Source: an uncultured Acidobacteriota bacterium (GTDB taxonomy: Bacteria > Acidobacteriota > Vicinamibacteria > Vicinamibacterales > 2-12-FULL-66-21). From it: 64,000 bases of DNA. Below the pieces are notes generated by a model. That model saw nothing but the letters and a program-made list of their open reading frames with translations. It was not told the DNA's origin and did no database searches. The position numbers and the translations under genes were made by a program. Where the stretch lies: the NCBI GenBank assembly GCA_963749835.1, contig CAVVOD010000004.1, forward strand, positions 361,061 to 425,060. Reading direction: 5' to 3'. Of this stretch, positions 17,380 to 27,517 are shown one piece after another (the first letter of the stretch is position 1; each line of letters opens with the position of its first letter).

Positions 17380-19422
17380 TTACCAGACCCGGCAGACGGG
17401 TTGATTCACCATGGGCGAGCCGCTCGGGCAGGCGAAGGCCTTCTGGAACTCGGGGAAGTTCGACACCACGCCGTTCACGCGATACCGGCCCGGAGCGTGG
17501 GGGTTCGTGGTCGCGTACACGCGTGCGATTTCGTCGGTCTTGTTCTCGCACCACATCTGACCCCAGCCGATGAAGAACCGCTGCTCGGGTGAGAACCCGT
17601 CGGCCTGGCCGAGCGGCCTGGTGGCCAGCCTGTCCATCAGCGCCATCCAGCCCAGCCTGAGCCCGCCGTTGTCGGCGGCGTTCTCGCCCAGCGTCAGCTT
17701 GCCGTTGATCTTGACGTCGGCGACGGCGGTATAGCCCGAATACTGATTGGCGATGCAGGCGGCGCGCTCTTCGAATGCCTTCGCGTCGGCGGGCGTCCAC
17801 CAGTCGCGGAGGTTGCCCGACGCATCGAACTGGCGCCCCTGGTCGTCGAAGCCGTGGGTGAGCTCGTGCCCGACGACCGCCCCCGCGGCCCCGAAATTCA
17901 CCGCATCGTCGGCCGAGTTGTTGAAGAAGGGAGGCTGCAGGATGCCGGCCGGAAAGTTGATGTTGTTCTCGAGCGGGTTGTAGTACGCGTTCACCGTCGG
18001 CGGGGTCATCAGCCACTCGGTCTTGTCCACGGGCTTTCCGATCTTTCCCAGCTGCCGGGCGAACTCGAACGTGTTGGCCCGCTGCGAGTTGCCGAGCGCA
18101 TCACCGCGCACGATGCTGAGCGCCGAGTAGTCGCGCCACTTGTCGGGGTACCCGATCTTGTTGGCGACGGCCTTCAGCTTCTCGGCCGCCTGCTTTTTGG
18201 TGGCCTCGGACATCCACTCGACGCCGACGATGTCCCGGCCCATCGCCTGTTCGATGGCCTCGACCATCTCGAGCGTGCGGGCTTTCCCCTCGGCTCCAAA
18301 CGCCTGCGCGATGTAGGCCTGGCCGACGACCTCGCCGAGATCGCCGTTCGTGTAATCGACGCAGCGCTTCCAGCGGGGGCGCTGCTCCTTCGCGCCGGTG
18401 AGCGTGCGAGTAAATGCGAAGTTCTCCTCGACGAACGGCTTCGGCAGGAATTCGGCGTTGCCGTTCACCAGGTGCCAGCGCAGATACGTCTGCATGTCGC
18501 CAAGCGGGGTCGACGAGACGATCTGGTTGACCGCGCGCATGAACTCCGGCTCGCTCACGTTGATCGCGCTCACGGCTCCGGCCTGCACCTCCCGCAGATA
18601 GGCCGTCCAGTCGAAGGCCGGCGTGAGGGCTCGGAGCTCGTCGACGGGCATCTTGTGATAGACGTTGGCAGGCGTCCGGCGGCTCACGCGGTCGAGGGCG
18701 GCTTTGGCGAGCGCGGTCTCGATGCGCATGACGGCCTGGGCGCCGGCGTCCGCCTGGGCGGGCGCATCACCGGCGAGGCGAAGCACGCGGCCGACGTGCG
18801 CCACGTATTCCAGCTTCACCTTCTGTGAGCTCGCGTCCTCCTTCAGGTAGTAGTCGCGATCCGGCAGCCCCATGCCACCCTGCGCGAGGCCGGCAATCAC
18901 CGATGACGCATCCTTGAAATCCGGCGTGGACCCGAACCCGAAGAGGACGCCGGTTCCCTTTCGATGGAGTGCGGCGACAACCGGGGGCAGGTCAGCCGCG
19001 CTTCGGAGCGCCGCAATGCGATCGAAATCCTCCTTGAGTGGCGCCAGTCCCTTTGCCGCGATGCCGCTCTCGTCCATGCAGCTCGCGTAGTACGCGCCAA
19101 TCTTCGCCGTGTCACCATCGGCGCGCGACGAGGCGGCTGTTTCGAGAATCTGGTGGAGGATTTCGTTGTTGCGTTCCTGCAGCTCGTTGAAGCGGCCGTA
19201 GTTGGACTGGTCCGCGGGCAGCGGATGCTTCGTCATCCAGCCGCCGCACGCGAAGCGATAGAAATCGGTGCAGGCGTCCGCCGTGCGATCCATCGCCTCC
19301 GGATCGATGCCGGACACGCTGGAAGGAGCACCGGGTTGCTTCTGCGGTGCGGACGCGCGCTGAGCCGCGGCAGGCACGATTGCGAGTGCAATCAGGACGA
19401 GCGGGACAACTGTTTTTCGCAT
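17380..19422 (-). CDS. M13 family metallopeptidase (PepO / endothelin-converting-enzyme-like), secreted
   Basis: The track ORF extends to 19710. I prefer ATG 19422 (MRKTVVPLVLIALAIVPAAAQ signal peptide). Motifs: zinc motif VVGHELTHGFD and ENAADNGGL. Confidence 0.92.
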   Translation of the reverse strand: MRKTVVPLVLIALAIVPAAAQRASAPQKQPGAPSSVSGIDPEAMDRTADACTDFYRFACGGWMTKHPLPADQSNYGRFNELQERNNEILHQILETAASSRADGDTAKIGAYYASCMDESGIAAKGLAPLKEDFDRIAALRSAADLPPVVAALHRKGTGVLFGFGSTPDFKDASSVIAGLAQGGMGLPDRDYYLKEDASSQKVKLEYVAHVGRVLRLAGDAPAQADAGAQAVMRIETALAKAALDRVSRRTPANVYHKMPVDELRALTPAFDWTAYLREVQAGAVSAINVSEPEFMRAVNQIVSSTPLGDMQTYLRWHLVNGNAEFLPKPFVEENFAFTRTLTGAKEQRPRWKRCVDYTNGDLGEVVGQAYIAQAFGAEGKARTLEMVEAIEQAMGRDIVGVEWMSEATKKQAAEKLKAVANKIGYPDKWRDYSALSIVRGDALGNSQRANTFEFARQLGKIGKPVDKTEWLMTPPTVNAYYNPLENNINFPAGILQPPFFNNSADDAVNFGAAGAVVGHELTHGFDDQGRQFDASGNLRDWWTPADAKAFEERAACIANQYSGYTAVADVKINGKLTLGENAADNGGLRLGWMALMDRLATRPLGQADGFSPEQRFFIGWGQMWCENKTDEIARVYATTNPHAPGRYRVNGVVSNFPEFQKAFACPSGSPMVNQPVCRVW

Positions 19423-19448
19423 CTGGTGCTTTCTGGAAAGGCGAACGC

Positions 19449-22076
19449 CTACAACCCGGTCGGCAATGCGGCGGCGCGCCGCGCCCTGAGCCACTCGGTC
19501 AGCTTCGCGGGTTGCGTGGCGGCAAGCGAGGAGCACTCGTTGATCCGCTCGACCGCCTGCTGGAGTGTCCGCGTGGCATCCGGCACCTTGTGAAGGGTGA
19601 AGAACTGCTTCACGTTCACGGCTGTCCGCGCGTCGCAGAACGTGCCGAGCGCGGCAATCACCTGAGTATTGCCCCCGAACTGGCCGGTTTTCTTCTGCAC
19701 CTGCGCCCATCGTTCACGGAGGAGCGGCCAGGCGAGTTTCCGCGCGTCAGGGTTGCCCAGCAGATTCGCCAGGAAGACCTTGGCGTCCTGGCTGCGCACA
19801 TCCGGCCCGACGATGTAATCGATCGTCCTGCGCACCAGGGCGGGATCGGTGAAGCCGGCGAGCCCGTACAAATAGCGATAGTGCTCTTCGGGGTCCGTCG
19901 CGGCTTTGCTACGCTCGACATACTTGGCGTACAGCGCGGCGTCACCACGCCGGGCCGCCACTCTGACAGCGGCGTTCAGCAGGGTCGGCTCGACGGTGCC
20001 TGGTTTCGCAAGCTCCTCGAGGACCAGGCTGCGCGCCTTCGCGACGACGGCAGGATCGCCGGCGGCCTCGCCCAGTACCGAGACGAGCGACGCGCGAAGC
20101 GCGCGGGTCTCGTCGCTATCGGAGGCACCGGACGACCATCCGACCCGTTCGAGTGCCGGCCCCAGCAGCGAGCTGACCCACGCACTGTACGCCGGCCGCG
20201 AGCCGGGCGTGGTCAGGTTGTCGCCGATGGTTCCCAGCGAGGCCACCAGTGTGGCGACGACCGCCGCGTCCCGCTCCCCTTTGAATCCAGCGGCGAGGTC
20301 CATGAAGGAGCTGACATCATGCCGTCCCTGGAGCACAAGTGCCCACTCGTCGTCGAGGAGCGAGATCCGCTCGCCGGGCGTCAGTGACGTGATGCCTGCC
20401 GCAAGCTTCGGAAGCATCGCCGGCGGATTCACGACACGGTAATAGCCCCGCGCCCCTGCGTTGGCCATCACATATGCGGGGCACGACTCCAGCGGCACAT
20501 CCAGGGGCTCCTCGCCGACGACCTCGCATGCCGTCTTCCCGTCTGGCGTCTTTATGCAGACCGGAATGTCCCATGTGCGCGGCGGGGCGACGCGGCGGGG
20601 CCCCGAGGCGCCGGTCGGCGCCGTCTCCTGACTGACCGTCGCTGTGCCACGGCCGTCAGCGCACTTGACCGTCGCATCCACCATCGGCACGCCGGGCCGA
20701 TCCACGAAGCCGGCCATCACGCGATCGACGGGCTTCCCGGTGCTCGTCGCCAGCGTGCCCCAGAAGTCCTCTGCGGCGGCATTGCCGTACTTGAACCGTT
20801 CGATGTAGGCGTTGACGCCGGTCCTGAACGCCTCTTCGCCGACCCATGCCTCGATCATCCGGAGCACGGCTGCCCCTTTTCGTACGCGATCGCGTCGAAG
20901 AGCTCGCCGATCTCGTCGGGAGTCGATGCGCTGGTACGGATCGCGCGGGTCGTCTCGAGAGAGTCGAGCGCCATCGCTTTCTGGTTCGACTGAACCTCCT
21001 CGAGCTCCATGTTCCACTCGGGCTTCCATGCCTTGACCGGCTTGCTCGCCATCCACGTGGCGAACCCTTCGTTCAGCCAGATGTCGTCCCACCACCGCAT
21101 CGTCACGAGATCGCCGAACCACTGGTGGGCCATTTCGTGGGCGAGCACGCTGGCGATGTTCTTGCGGACCCTGACCGACGCGCCTTTCGGATCGGCGAGG
21201 AGGAGCGTCTCGCGGTAGAAGATCGCGGCGGTGTTCTCCATCGCTCCCGCGGCAAAGTCCGGGACGGCAACGATGTCGAGCTTCTTGAACGGATACTTCA
21301 CGGTGTAGTAGCGGTTGTAGTACCCGCAGGATCTCGGCGGCCGCCTCGAGCGCCAGGCCGGTCTGCCCCTTCTTGTCCGGTGTGGAGCAGATGCGAATCG
21401 GGATCCCGTCGGCGCTGCGTGACGAGCATTCGAAGTCCCCGACCGCCAGCGCCAGCAGGTACGTCGACATCTTCGGCGTGGTCTCGAATGTGACCGTGTG
21501 CTTCCCCGGCTTCGGGCTCGGCGTGTCGGACACGATCGCGCCGTTCGAGATCGCGTGGTCTCCCGTGTCGATCGTGGCGCTCAGCGCGAACGTCGCCTTG
21601 AACGCGGGCTCGTCGAACGACGGAAACATGCGTCGCGCGTCGGTCGCCTCGAGCTGCGTCACTGCGTAGCGGCGATTGTTGGCCTTGCTGAGATACAGCC
21701 CGCGCAACTGGTTGTTCAGGATGCCGGTGTATTTCACGGCGATCTCGGCGCGCCCCGCGGCAATGACCTGCGGCACCGTGAAGGTGGCCTGTTCGCGCTT
21801 CGGGTCCAGCGTGACGCGGGCGGTCTGCGTGCTGCCGCCGGCAGCGATGGTGACCGTGTCGAATGTGATCTCCGCAGCGTTCAGGGTGATCGTCCGCGAA
21901 GGCTTCTCGAGCGTCACGGTAATCCGCTCGGTGGCCGTAAAACTCGCCGCCGGGAGGTTCGGCTCGACGGCGATCTCGTAGTGCTCCGGGACGACGTTGC
22001 CAGGGAGCCGCTGGGCACGGGCGGGGGAGGCGAAGAGGATCAGCGCGGCACTGAGGACCAGAGGAAATTTACTCAT
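19449..22076 (-). pseudogene. pepN: M1 family aminopeptidase N, disrupted by two compensating 1-nt frameshifts (or sequencing errors) that scramble the catalytic core
   Basis: Begins MSKFPLVLSAALILFASPARAQ at ~22076 inside the 1401-aa track ORF. The catalytic segment ([22 protein letters not shown]) is only readable in another frame (track ORF 20855..21301). Frame switches are at ~21324-21326 (extra G: ctgcggGtactac) and ~20873-20876 (one G missing: gaaaagggg^cagcc, expected [10 protein letters not shown]). Confidence 0.85.
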
Positions 22077-22121
22077 GATGGCACCCGATGAAAGCTCCAA
22101 CTGACGGCCTATACTGGCCGG

Positions 22122-22742
22122 GTGAAAATGAAAGTGTACCCCAGCGCACGTCCTGTGGCCGCGCTCGTGCTGGCGCACGGCGCGGGCGCGGGGCAATCCA
22201 GCCCATTCATGGTTCGCGTCGCCACCGGACTGGCTGAGCGGGGACTCTCCACCGCGACCTTTGATTTCGGCTACATGAGCACGGGACGCAAGGTGCCTGA
22301 CCGCGCGCCCGTGCTCGAAGCCGCGTGGCGCGAGGCGATCGAGTCGGCCCGATCGGAGTTCAGGGGACTGGCGCTCTACATCGGCGGCAAATCCATGGGC
22401 GGACGCATCGCTTCCCACGTGGCCTCGCAGGGAGGAACCGGCCCGCTCGCCGGCCTGGTCTTCCTGGGTTATCCGCTGCATCCGCCGGGGCGTCCCGACC
22501 AGCGCCGCGACGCCCACCTGCCGGCCATCGCTGAACCGATGCTCTTCGTGCAGGGAAGCCGGGACGCCTTCGGCTCGGGGGATGAGATTCGTCAGCTGCT
22601 GCCGTCGCTGCAGCACGCGACGCTGGAGGAGATCCAGGGAGGCGACCACTCCTTCAAAGTCCCGGGCGGCGCCAGCCAGCAGGCGCCCGTCCTCACGGGC
22701 ATCATGGACGCGGTAGCCGCGTGGACACAGAGGACGGCCTGA
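22122..22742 (+). CDS. alpha/beta hydrolase (KANL3/Tex30-like predicted hydrolase family)
   Basis: 206 aa. ..LVLAHGAGAG.., nucleophile elbow ..GGKSMGGR.., ..FVQGSRDAFG.., ..GGDHSF. Confidence 0.8.
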   Translation: MKMKVYPSARPVAALVLAHGAGAGQSSPFMVRVATGLAERGLSTATFDFGYMSTGRKVPDRAPVLEAAWREAIESARSEFRGLALYIGGKSMGGRIASHVASQGGTGPLAGLVFLGYPLHPPGRPDQRRDAHLPAIAEPMLFVQGSRDAFGSGDEIRQLLPSLQHATLEEIQGGDHSFKVPGGASQQAPVLTGIMDAVAAWTQRTA

Positions 22743-22761
22743 CTTGCGCCTGCGCTCGATG

Positions 22762-22890
22762 CGGGAGCTACGGCGGGGCCAGGCCCCATTTCGGGATTCG
22801 GGACTCGGGACTCGGGGTTCGGAAATGCGGAAGCTGGAAGCCGGAAGCTGGAAGCCGGAAGCTGGAAGCTGGCAGCTGACAGCTGATGTC
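22762..22890. repeat. spacer holding three abutting heptamer families plus GGGAGCTACGGCGG and a GGGGCC-A-GGCCCC palindrome
   Basis: gggattc gggactc gggactc ggggttc, then cggaagc tggaagc x6, then tggcagc tgacagc tgatgtc. Read directly; all have a 7-nt period. Confidence 0.9.
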
Positions 22891-22898
22891 TGCCCCTG

Positions 22899-23555
22899 AT
22901 GTCTGAGTCTGACCTTCGCCTCATCGCTGCGACGACCCATGGCCGCGTCCTGGTGCGCGACGCGCGGGCGGCCGCCGCGCGGGGAGTCCTCGTGGGGTTC
23001 CATGGCTACATGGAACAGGCGGTCATCCAGATGGAGCGGCTGCAGGCGATTCCCGGAGCCGCGCGGTGGACGCTCGTGTCCATCCAGGCGCTCCACCGGT
23101 TCTACCGGGGGCGCAGCGAAGAGGTCGTGGCAAGCTGGATGACGAGCCAGGATCGCGAGGCCGCCATCGCCGACAACATCGAGTACGTCGATGCGGCGCT
23201 CGACACGGTCCCCCACGATGCGTCCACGAAGATCGTCTTTGCGGGTTTCTCGCAAGGCGTGGCCATGGCCTTCCGGGCCGCGGTCAGAGGACGTCGTCCC
23301 GCCGCGGGCGTCATTGCGGTTGGCGGCGACGTGCCGCCGGAACTGCTGCTGGATCAGGACGCGGCGTTCCCGTTCGTGCTGCTCGCACGGGGCGCGCGCG
23401 ACGAGTGGCTCACCGCACAGAAGTTCAGAGCGGACCTGAACGCTCTCGCGGAGCGCACGCCTGGACCGAGAGTTCGCGCCGTCGAATTCGAGGGCGGACA
23501 TGAATGGAACGACGCCGTGGCCGAGGCGGCGGGGGATTTTCTCGAGTCCGTCTAG
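22899..23555 (+). CDS. phospholipase/carboxylesterase-type alpha/beta hydrolase
   Basis: 218 aa. ..VLVGFHGY.., nucleophile elbow ..FAGFSQGVAMA.., C-terminal ..GGHEW. Confidence 0.8.
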   Translation: MSESDLRLIAATTHGRVLVRDARAAAARGVLVGFHGYMEQAVIQMERLQAIPGAARWTLVSIQALHRFYRGRSEEVVASWMTSQDREAAIADNIEYVDAALDTVPHDASTKIVFAGFSQGVAMAFRAAVRGRRPAAGVIAVGGDVPPELLLDQDAAFPFVLLARGARDEWLTAQKFRADLNALAERTPGPRVRAVEFEGGHEWNDAVAEAAGDFLESV

Positions 23556-23754
23556 TGTCCTGACCGCGTGGATCGTGCATAAGTCCCGGAGCGCGGCGCC
23601 CGGCTGGCTAGGCGCGACGACCGAGAATACTGGCCGTATTTGAGGGAGGAGCAACGCCGCCAGGCCGGGGCCCCCGCCGCGCGTGTTTTGCGCGGTGGGG
23701 TGGAGAAGGGATGCCCCGCCCGGGAATTATGTCGCGAACCACGCGGTCAGGACA

Positions 23755-24279
23755 CTAAGTCTCCGTCCTGGTCGCTGTGTTCGTGTTCGTCCCGGTGTCC
23801 GTCTTCGTTTCCGGCTTACTGCTCGGGGCTCCGGCCTTCCTCCTGTGCCGCACGCCGGCTTCTTCGACAGAGTGTGACTGCGTCAACGTGACATCGCGAG
23901 CCGCCATCGTCACGAGCTTGTGATAGTGCCGGCGAAGCAGGTTGAGCTCGTCCTCAGAAAGTGACTCCACTTCGATCAGGCGGTTGCTCGCGCCGTCCAG
24001 CGCGGCGACGATCTCGTTCAGCTTCAGGTGAATCGCGAGCGAGTCCTTGTTCTGCGAGCGCTGGATCAGGAACACCATCAGGAACGTCACGATGGTCGTG
24101 CCGGTGTTGATAATCAGCTGCCAGGTGTCCGAATATCCGAAGAGCGGTCCGGTGATCAGCCAGATGAGGATGGTGGCTGCTGCGATTGCGAACGCGGAGG
24201 TGCCGCCGGTCCAGTGCGTAACGCTCGTCGCGAGCCGCTCCAGCCCGCGGCCGAAAGAGTTGTGTGGTTTTCGCCCCAT
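23755..24279 (-). CDS. low-affinity iron permease family membrane protein
   Basis: I prefer the start at MGRKPHNSF (24279). ..HWTGGTSAFAIAAATILIWLITGPLFGYSDTWQLIINTGTTIVTFLMVFLIQRSQNKD..LHLKLNEI.. matches the family signature. Confidence 0.8.
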   Translation of the reverse strand: MGRKPHNSFGRGLERLATSVTHWTGGTSAFAIAAATILIWLITGPLFGYSDTWQLIINTGTTIVTFLMVFLIQRSQNKDSLAIHLKLNEIVAALDGASNRLIEVESLSEDELNLLRRHYHKLVTMAARDVTLTQSHSVEEAGVRHRRKAGAPSSKPETKTDTGTNTNTATRTET

Positions 24280-24392
24280 GACCCCGCCTCCTGGCTGAAA
24301 CTCTACCATCCGCGACTGAGGCATCCGCACCGGGCCGCACGTCCTCCGTCCACTCACCTTCGTGGGAAGCACGCTTCCGGTATAGTGATCGG

Positions 24393-26262
24393 ATGTCTTC
24401 TTCTGCGACCACTTCTTCGAACACCACTCCGGCTGAGCCGCCCGCCCGCAGCCGCCTGCGCGGAGAGATTCCCGAGCGATTCAAGTGGAACCTGGCCGAC
24501 ATCTTCCCGGATTGGCCGGCCTGGGAGGCAGGCTACAAGACGCTCGAAGGCATGATCGCGCACTACACGGCGCTGAAAGGCACGCTGGGGGGCGGCCCTG
24601 ACCGGCTGCTCGAGGCGTTCCGGCTCTCCGAGGAGATGGGACAACTCGCCTACCGGGTCTGGTACTACCCGTCGCTCCAGTACCGACGAAGACCAGCGCG
24701 ACAACCTCGTGAACGCAAAACGTCAGCAGGTCCAGATTCTGTTTGCTCGTATCGCGCAGGCGGAATCGTGGTTCAACCCGGAACTGCTCTCCATTCCGCT
24801 GGAAAGAGTCCGCGGCTGGATGGACGGCTCACCCGAGCTGACTGTCTACCGGTTCGTGATCGAGAACCTCTACCGACAGCAGGAACACGTGCTCGACGAG
24901 CACGGCGAGAAGCTGATGTCGCTGGCCAGCCGCCTGGCCTCCGCTCCGAACGACGCATACTGGGCGCTCTCCACGGCGGACGCCAGGTTCCCGAAGATCA
25001 CCCTGTCCACCGGCGAAGAGGTCACGGTTTCTTACGGACAGTATCGGGCGCTCCTCGCAACCCGGCGCGAGCAGTCGGATCGCAAGGCGGCGTTCGTGGC
25101 GCTGCACGAAACCTACAACGCGGCGCTCAACACCTACGCGACGCTGTACAACGGCGTCTGCCAGCGCGACTGGTTCCAGGCGCGCGCCCGCGGCTACGCC
25201 AGCACGCTCGATGCCGCCCTGCACGGCGACAACATTCCTCCGTCGGTCGTGGAAAACCTCATCTCCACGACCCGCGCCGGCGTCGAGCCCCTGCGCCGCT
25301 ATCATCGGCTGCGGCGCAAGGTTCTGGGAGTCGACTCGTACCAGGTGTACGACTTCTCGATTCCCCTCGTCACGTTCGACAAGAAATACCAGTACGACGA
25401 TGTGCTCGACTGGATCGTGGCCGCGGTGGAACCGCTGGGCGCCGAGTTCCAGGCGCGCATGCGCGAAGGTTTTCTCGGCCGCTGGATCGACGTCTACGAA
25501 AACGAGGGTAAACGCTCGGGCGCGTACTCGGCCCCGGTGTACGGCACGCATCCGTACATGCTGCTGAACTACAACGACACGCTCGACGACGTCTTTACGC
25601 TGGCGCACGAGATGGGGCACTCGATGCACACCATCCTGTCCCACGAGTCGCAGCCGTTCGTGTATTCGAACTACACGATCTTCGTCGCGGAGGTCCCTTC
25701 GACGCTCACGGAGGCGCTCCTGCTCGAGTACATGCTGAAGCACTCGACGGACCCGGTCGAGCGGATCGTCCTGCTGCAGCACGCCATCGACAACATCACC
25801 GGCACGTTCTTCACGCAGGTCATGTTCGCCGACTACGAGCTCCGCGCCCATCGTCTTGCGGAACAGGATCACCCGATCACGTCAGAGATCCTGACGGAGA
25901 CGTACAGCGCCCTGCTGAAGGACTACTACGGCGATGCGCTCGACATGAATCCCTTCACCGGCATCACGTGGGCGCGGATTCCGCACTTCTTCAACTCGCC
26001 GTACTACGTCTATCAGTACGCGACGTGCTTCGCGTCGGCCGCGCGCCTGTCGCGGGAAATCATGCACGGAAGCGGCGCCAGCGACTCGCGCGATCGCTAC
26101 CTGTCGCTTCTCAAGTCCGGCGGCAACGACTATCCGATGGAACAGCTGAAAAAGGCGGGGGTCGATCTCGCGCAGCCGGATACCGTCATGGCGGTCATCG
26201 AGCAGCTCGACGATCTGGTCACGCGGCTCGAACGGGAACTGGCGGCGCTCGAGCAGGAGTGA
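24393..26262 (+). pseudogene. pepF: oligoendopeptidase F (M3B), interrupted by a single 1-nt insertion (or sequencing error) at ~24684
   Basis: Two track ORFs (24393..25511 and 24709..26262) join as ..VWYYPSLQY|DEDQRDNLVNAKRQQVQILF.. if the extra C in cagtacCgacgaa is removed. The downstream part carries the zinc motif HEMGHSMH. Confidence 0.88.
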
Positions 26263-26269
26263 AGGGGGG

Positions 26270-27460
26270 TCACGCCCCCGAGAGGTCTTCCTGCTTCACA
26301 GGCGCGACGGCGGGGACCTTCGGGTCCGGGTGATACCGCAGCGCAAGAACCGCGGCGCCGACGAGCGCGATCGCTGCGGACCCATACGCGCTGCCTTCAC
26401 CGAAACGTTGCAGCGATCCGTTCCCCCACACCGGACCCATCGTCCTCCCGAGGCTTTCGAGCGCGCCGGCCGCCCCCTGCACCCGGCCCTGTTCGTGTGG
26501 ACCGGCGGCCTTGCTCACAAGGGCGCTGAGGGTCGCGTTGCACAAACCGATGCCGATGGCGCCCGGCACGAGCATGAAGACGAACACGGGGAGCGAATGC
26601 GTGAGGGCGCTGCCGCCCCAGCCGACGGCTGCGAACAGCAGCCCCGTGCTCAGCGTGCGGCGCTCTCCCAGCACGCGAACGATCGGACCGACCATTCCCC
26701 CCTGCACGACGACGCCGAGGACGCCGAAGGCGCTCAACAGATAGCCGATGTGGGCGGCGTCGAACCCGAATCGCCTGGCGCCGAAGAGCGCGAACGTCGT
26801 CTGGTACACCGCGAACGCCGTCCAGTACACGAAGTCGATGGTGAACAGCAGTCGAAGGTGCGGACGCCCCCAGAGCTCCCCGAGAGCCTGCCACGGTGAA
26901 CGGCCGGCCTCCGTCCGGTGCACAGTTTCGGGCAGCCAGAACCACGCCATCGCGACGGCGACGACCGTAATCGCCGCGGCGGCCCAGATCGGCGCCGTGT
27001 AGCTGATATGTGAAAACGCGGCTCCCAGTGCGGGGCCGACGATGAACCCGAGACCGAATGCCGCACCAAGCAGGCCGAACGCCTTCGCCCGGTTCTCCTC
27101 GGTCGAGACGTCCGCGATGTAGGCCCGCGCGGTCGTGATGTTGCCTCCGGAGAGTCCGTCCACAATCCGCGCCGCAAACAGCATCGCCAGGCTGTTCGCC
27201 ATCGCCATCATCACGAAGCTGACGACCGTTCCGAGCAGACTGAAGATGAGCACCGGACGCCGGCCCCAGCGATCTGAGAGATCGCCGAGAAGCGGCGACG
27301 CGATCAGCTGGCTCAGCGAAAACGAGGCGAACAGCAACCCGATGACGAGCGGAGACGCGCCGAACGTCTGGGCGTAGAACGGCAGCAGCGGAATGATGAT
27401 GCCGAAGCCGACGAGATTGACGAACGTCGTCAGAAAGATGATGAAGAGGGGGCGGGACAA
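26270..27460 (-). CDS. MFS transporter (TetA/DHA1-like)
   Basis: 396 aa with about 12 predicted hydrophobic helices. The motif ..GDLSDRWGRRPVL.. is MFS motif A. Confidence 0.88.
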   Translation of the reverse strand: MSRPLFIIFLTTFVNLVGFGIIIPLLPFYAQTFGASPLVIGLLFASFSLSQLIASPLLGDLSDRWGRRPVLIFSLLGTVVSFVMMAMANSLAMLFAARIVDGLSGGNITTARAYIADVSTEENRAKAFGLLGAAFGLGFIVGPALGAAFSHISYTAPIWAAAAITVVAVAMAWFWLPETVHRTEAGRSPWQALGELWGRPHLRLLFTIDFVYWTAFAVYQTTFALFGARRFGFDAAHIGYLLSAFGVLGVVVQGGMVGPIVRVLGERRTLSTGLLFAAVGWGGSALTHSLPVFVFMLVPGAIGIGLCNATLSALVSKAAGPHEQGRVQGAAGALESLGRTMGPVWGNGSLQRFGEGSAYGSAAIALVGAAVLALRYHPDPKVPAVAPVKQEDLSGA

Positions 27461-27517
27461 TGGAAATGCTGATTGCTGCTGATTGTGATCACCCGGGAGC
27501 TCGCGCGGCGGGCGGCC

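Noticed and set aside
19449-23654. 1401-aa ORF, the longest in the track, as a single giant protein
   Set aside because: Only the C-terminal ~875 codons are a real gene (pepN, starting MSKFPLVL at ~22076). The N-terminal ~525 codons are Arg/Gly/Pro-rich antisense of two convincing + strand hydrolase genes (22122..22742 and 22899..23555). The middle of pepN is itself read out of frame.
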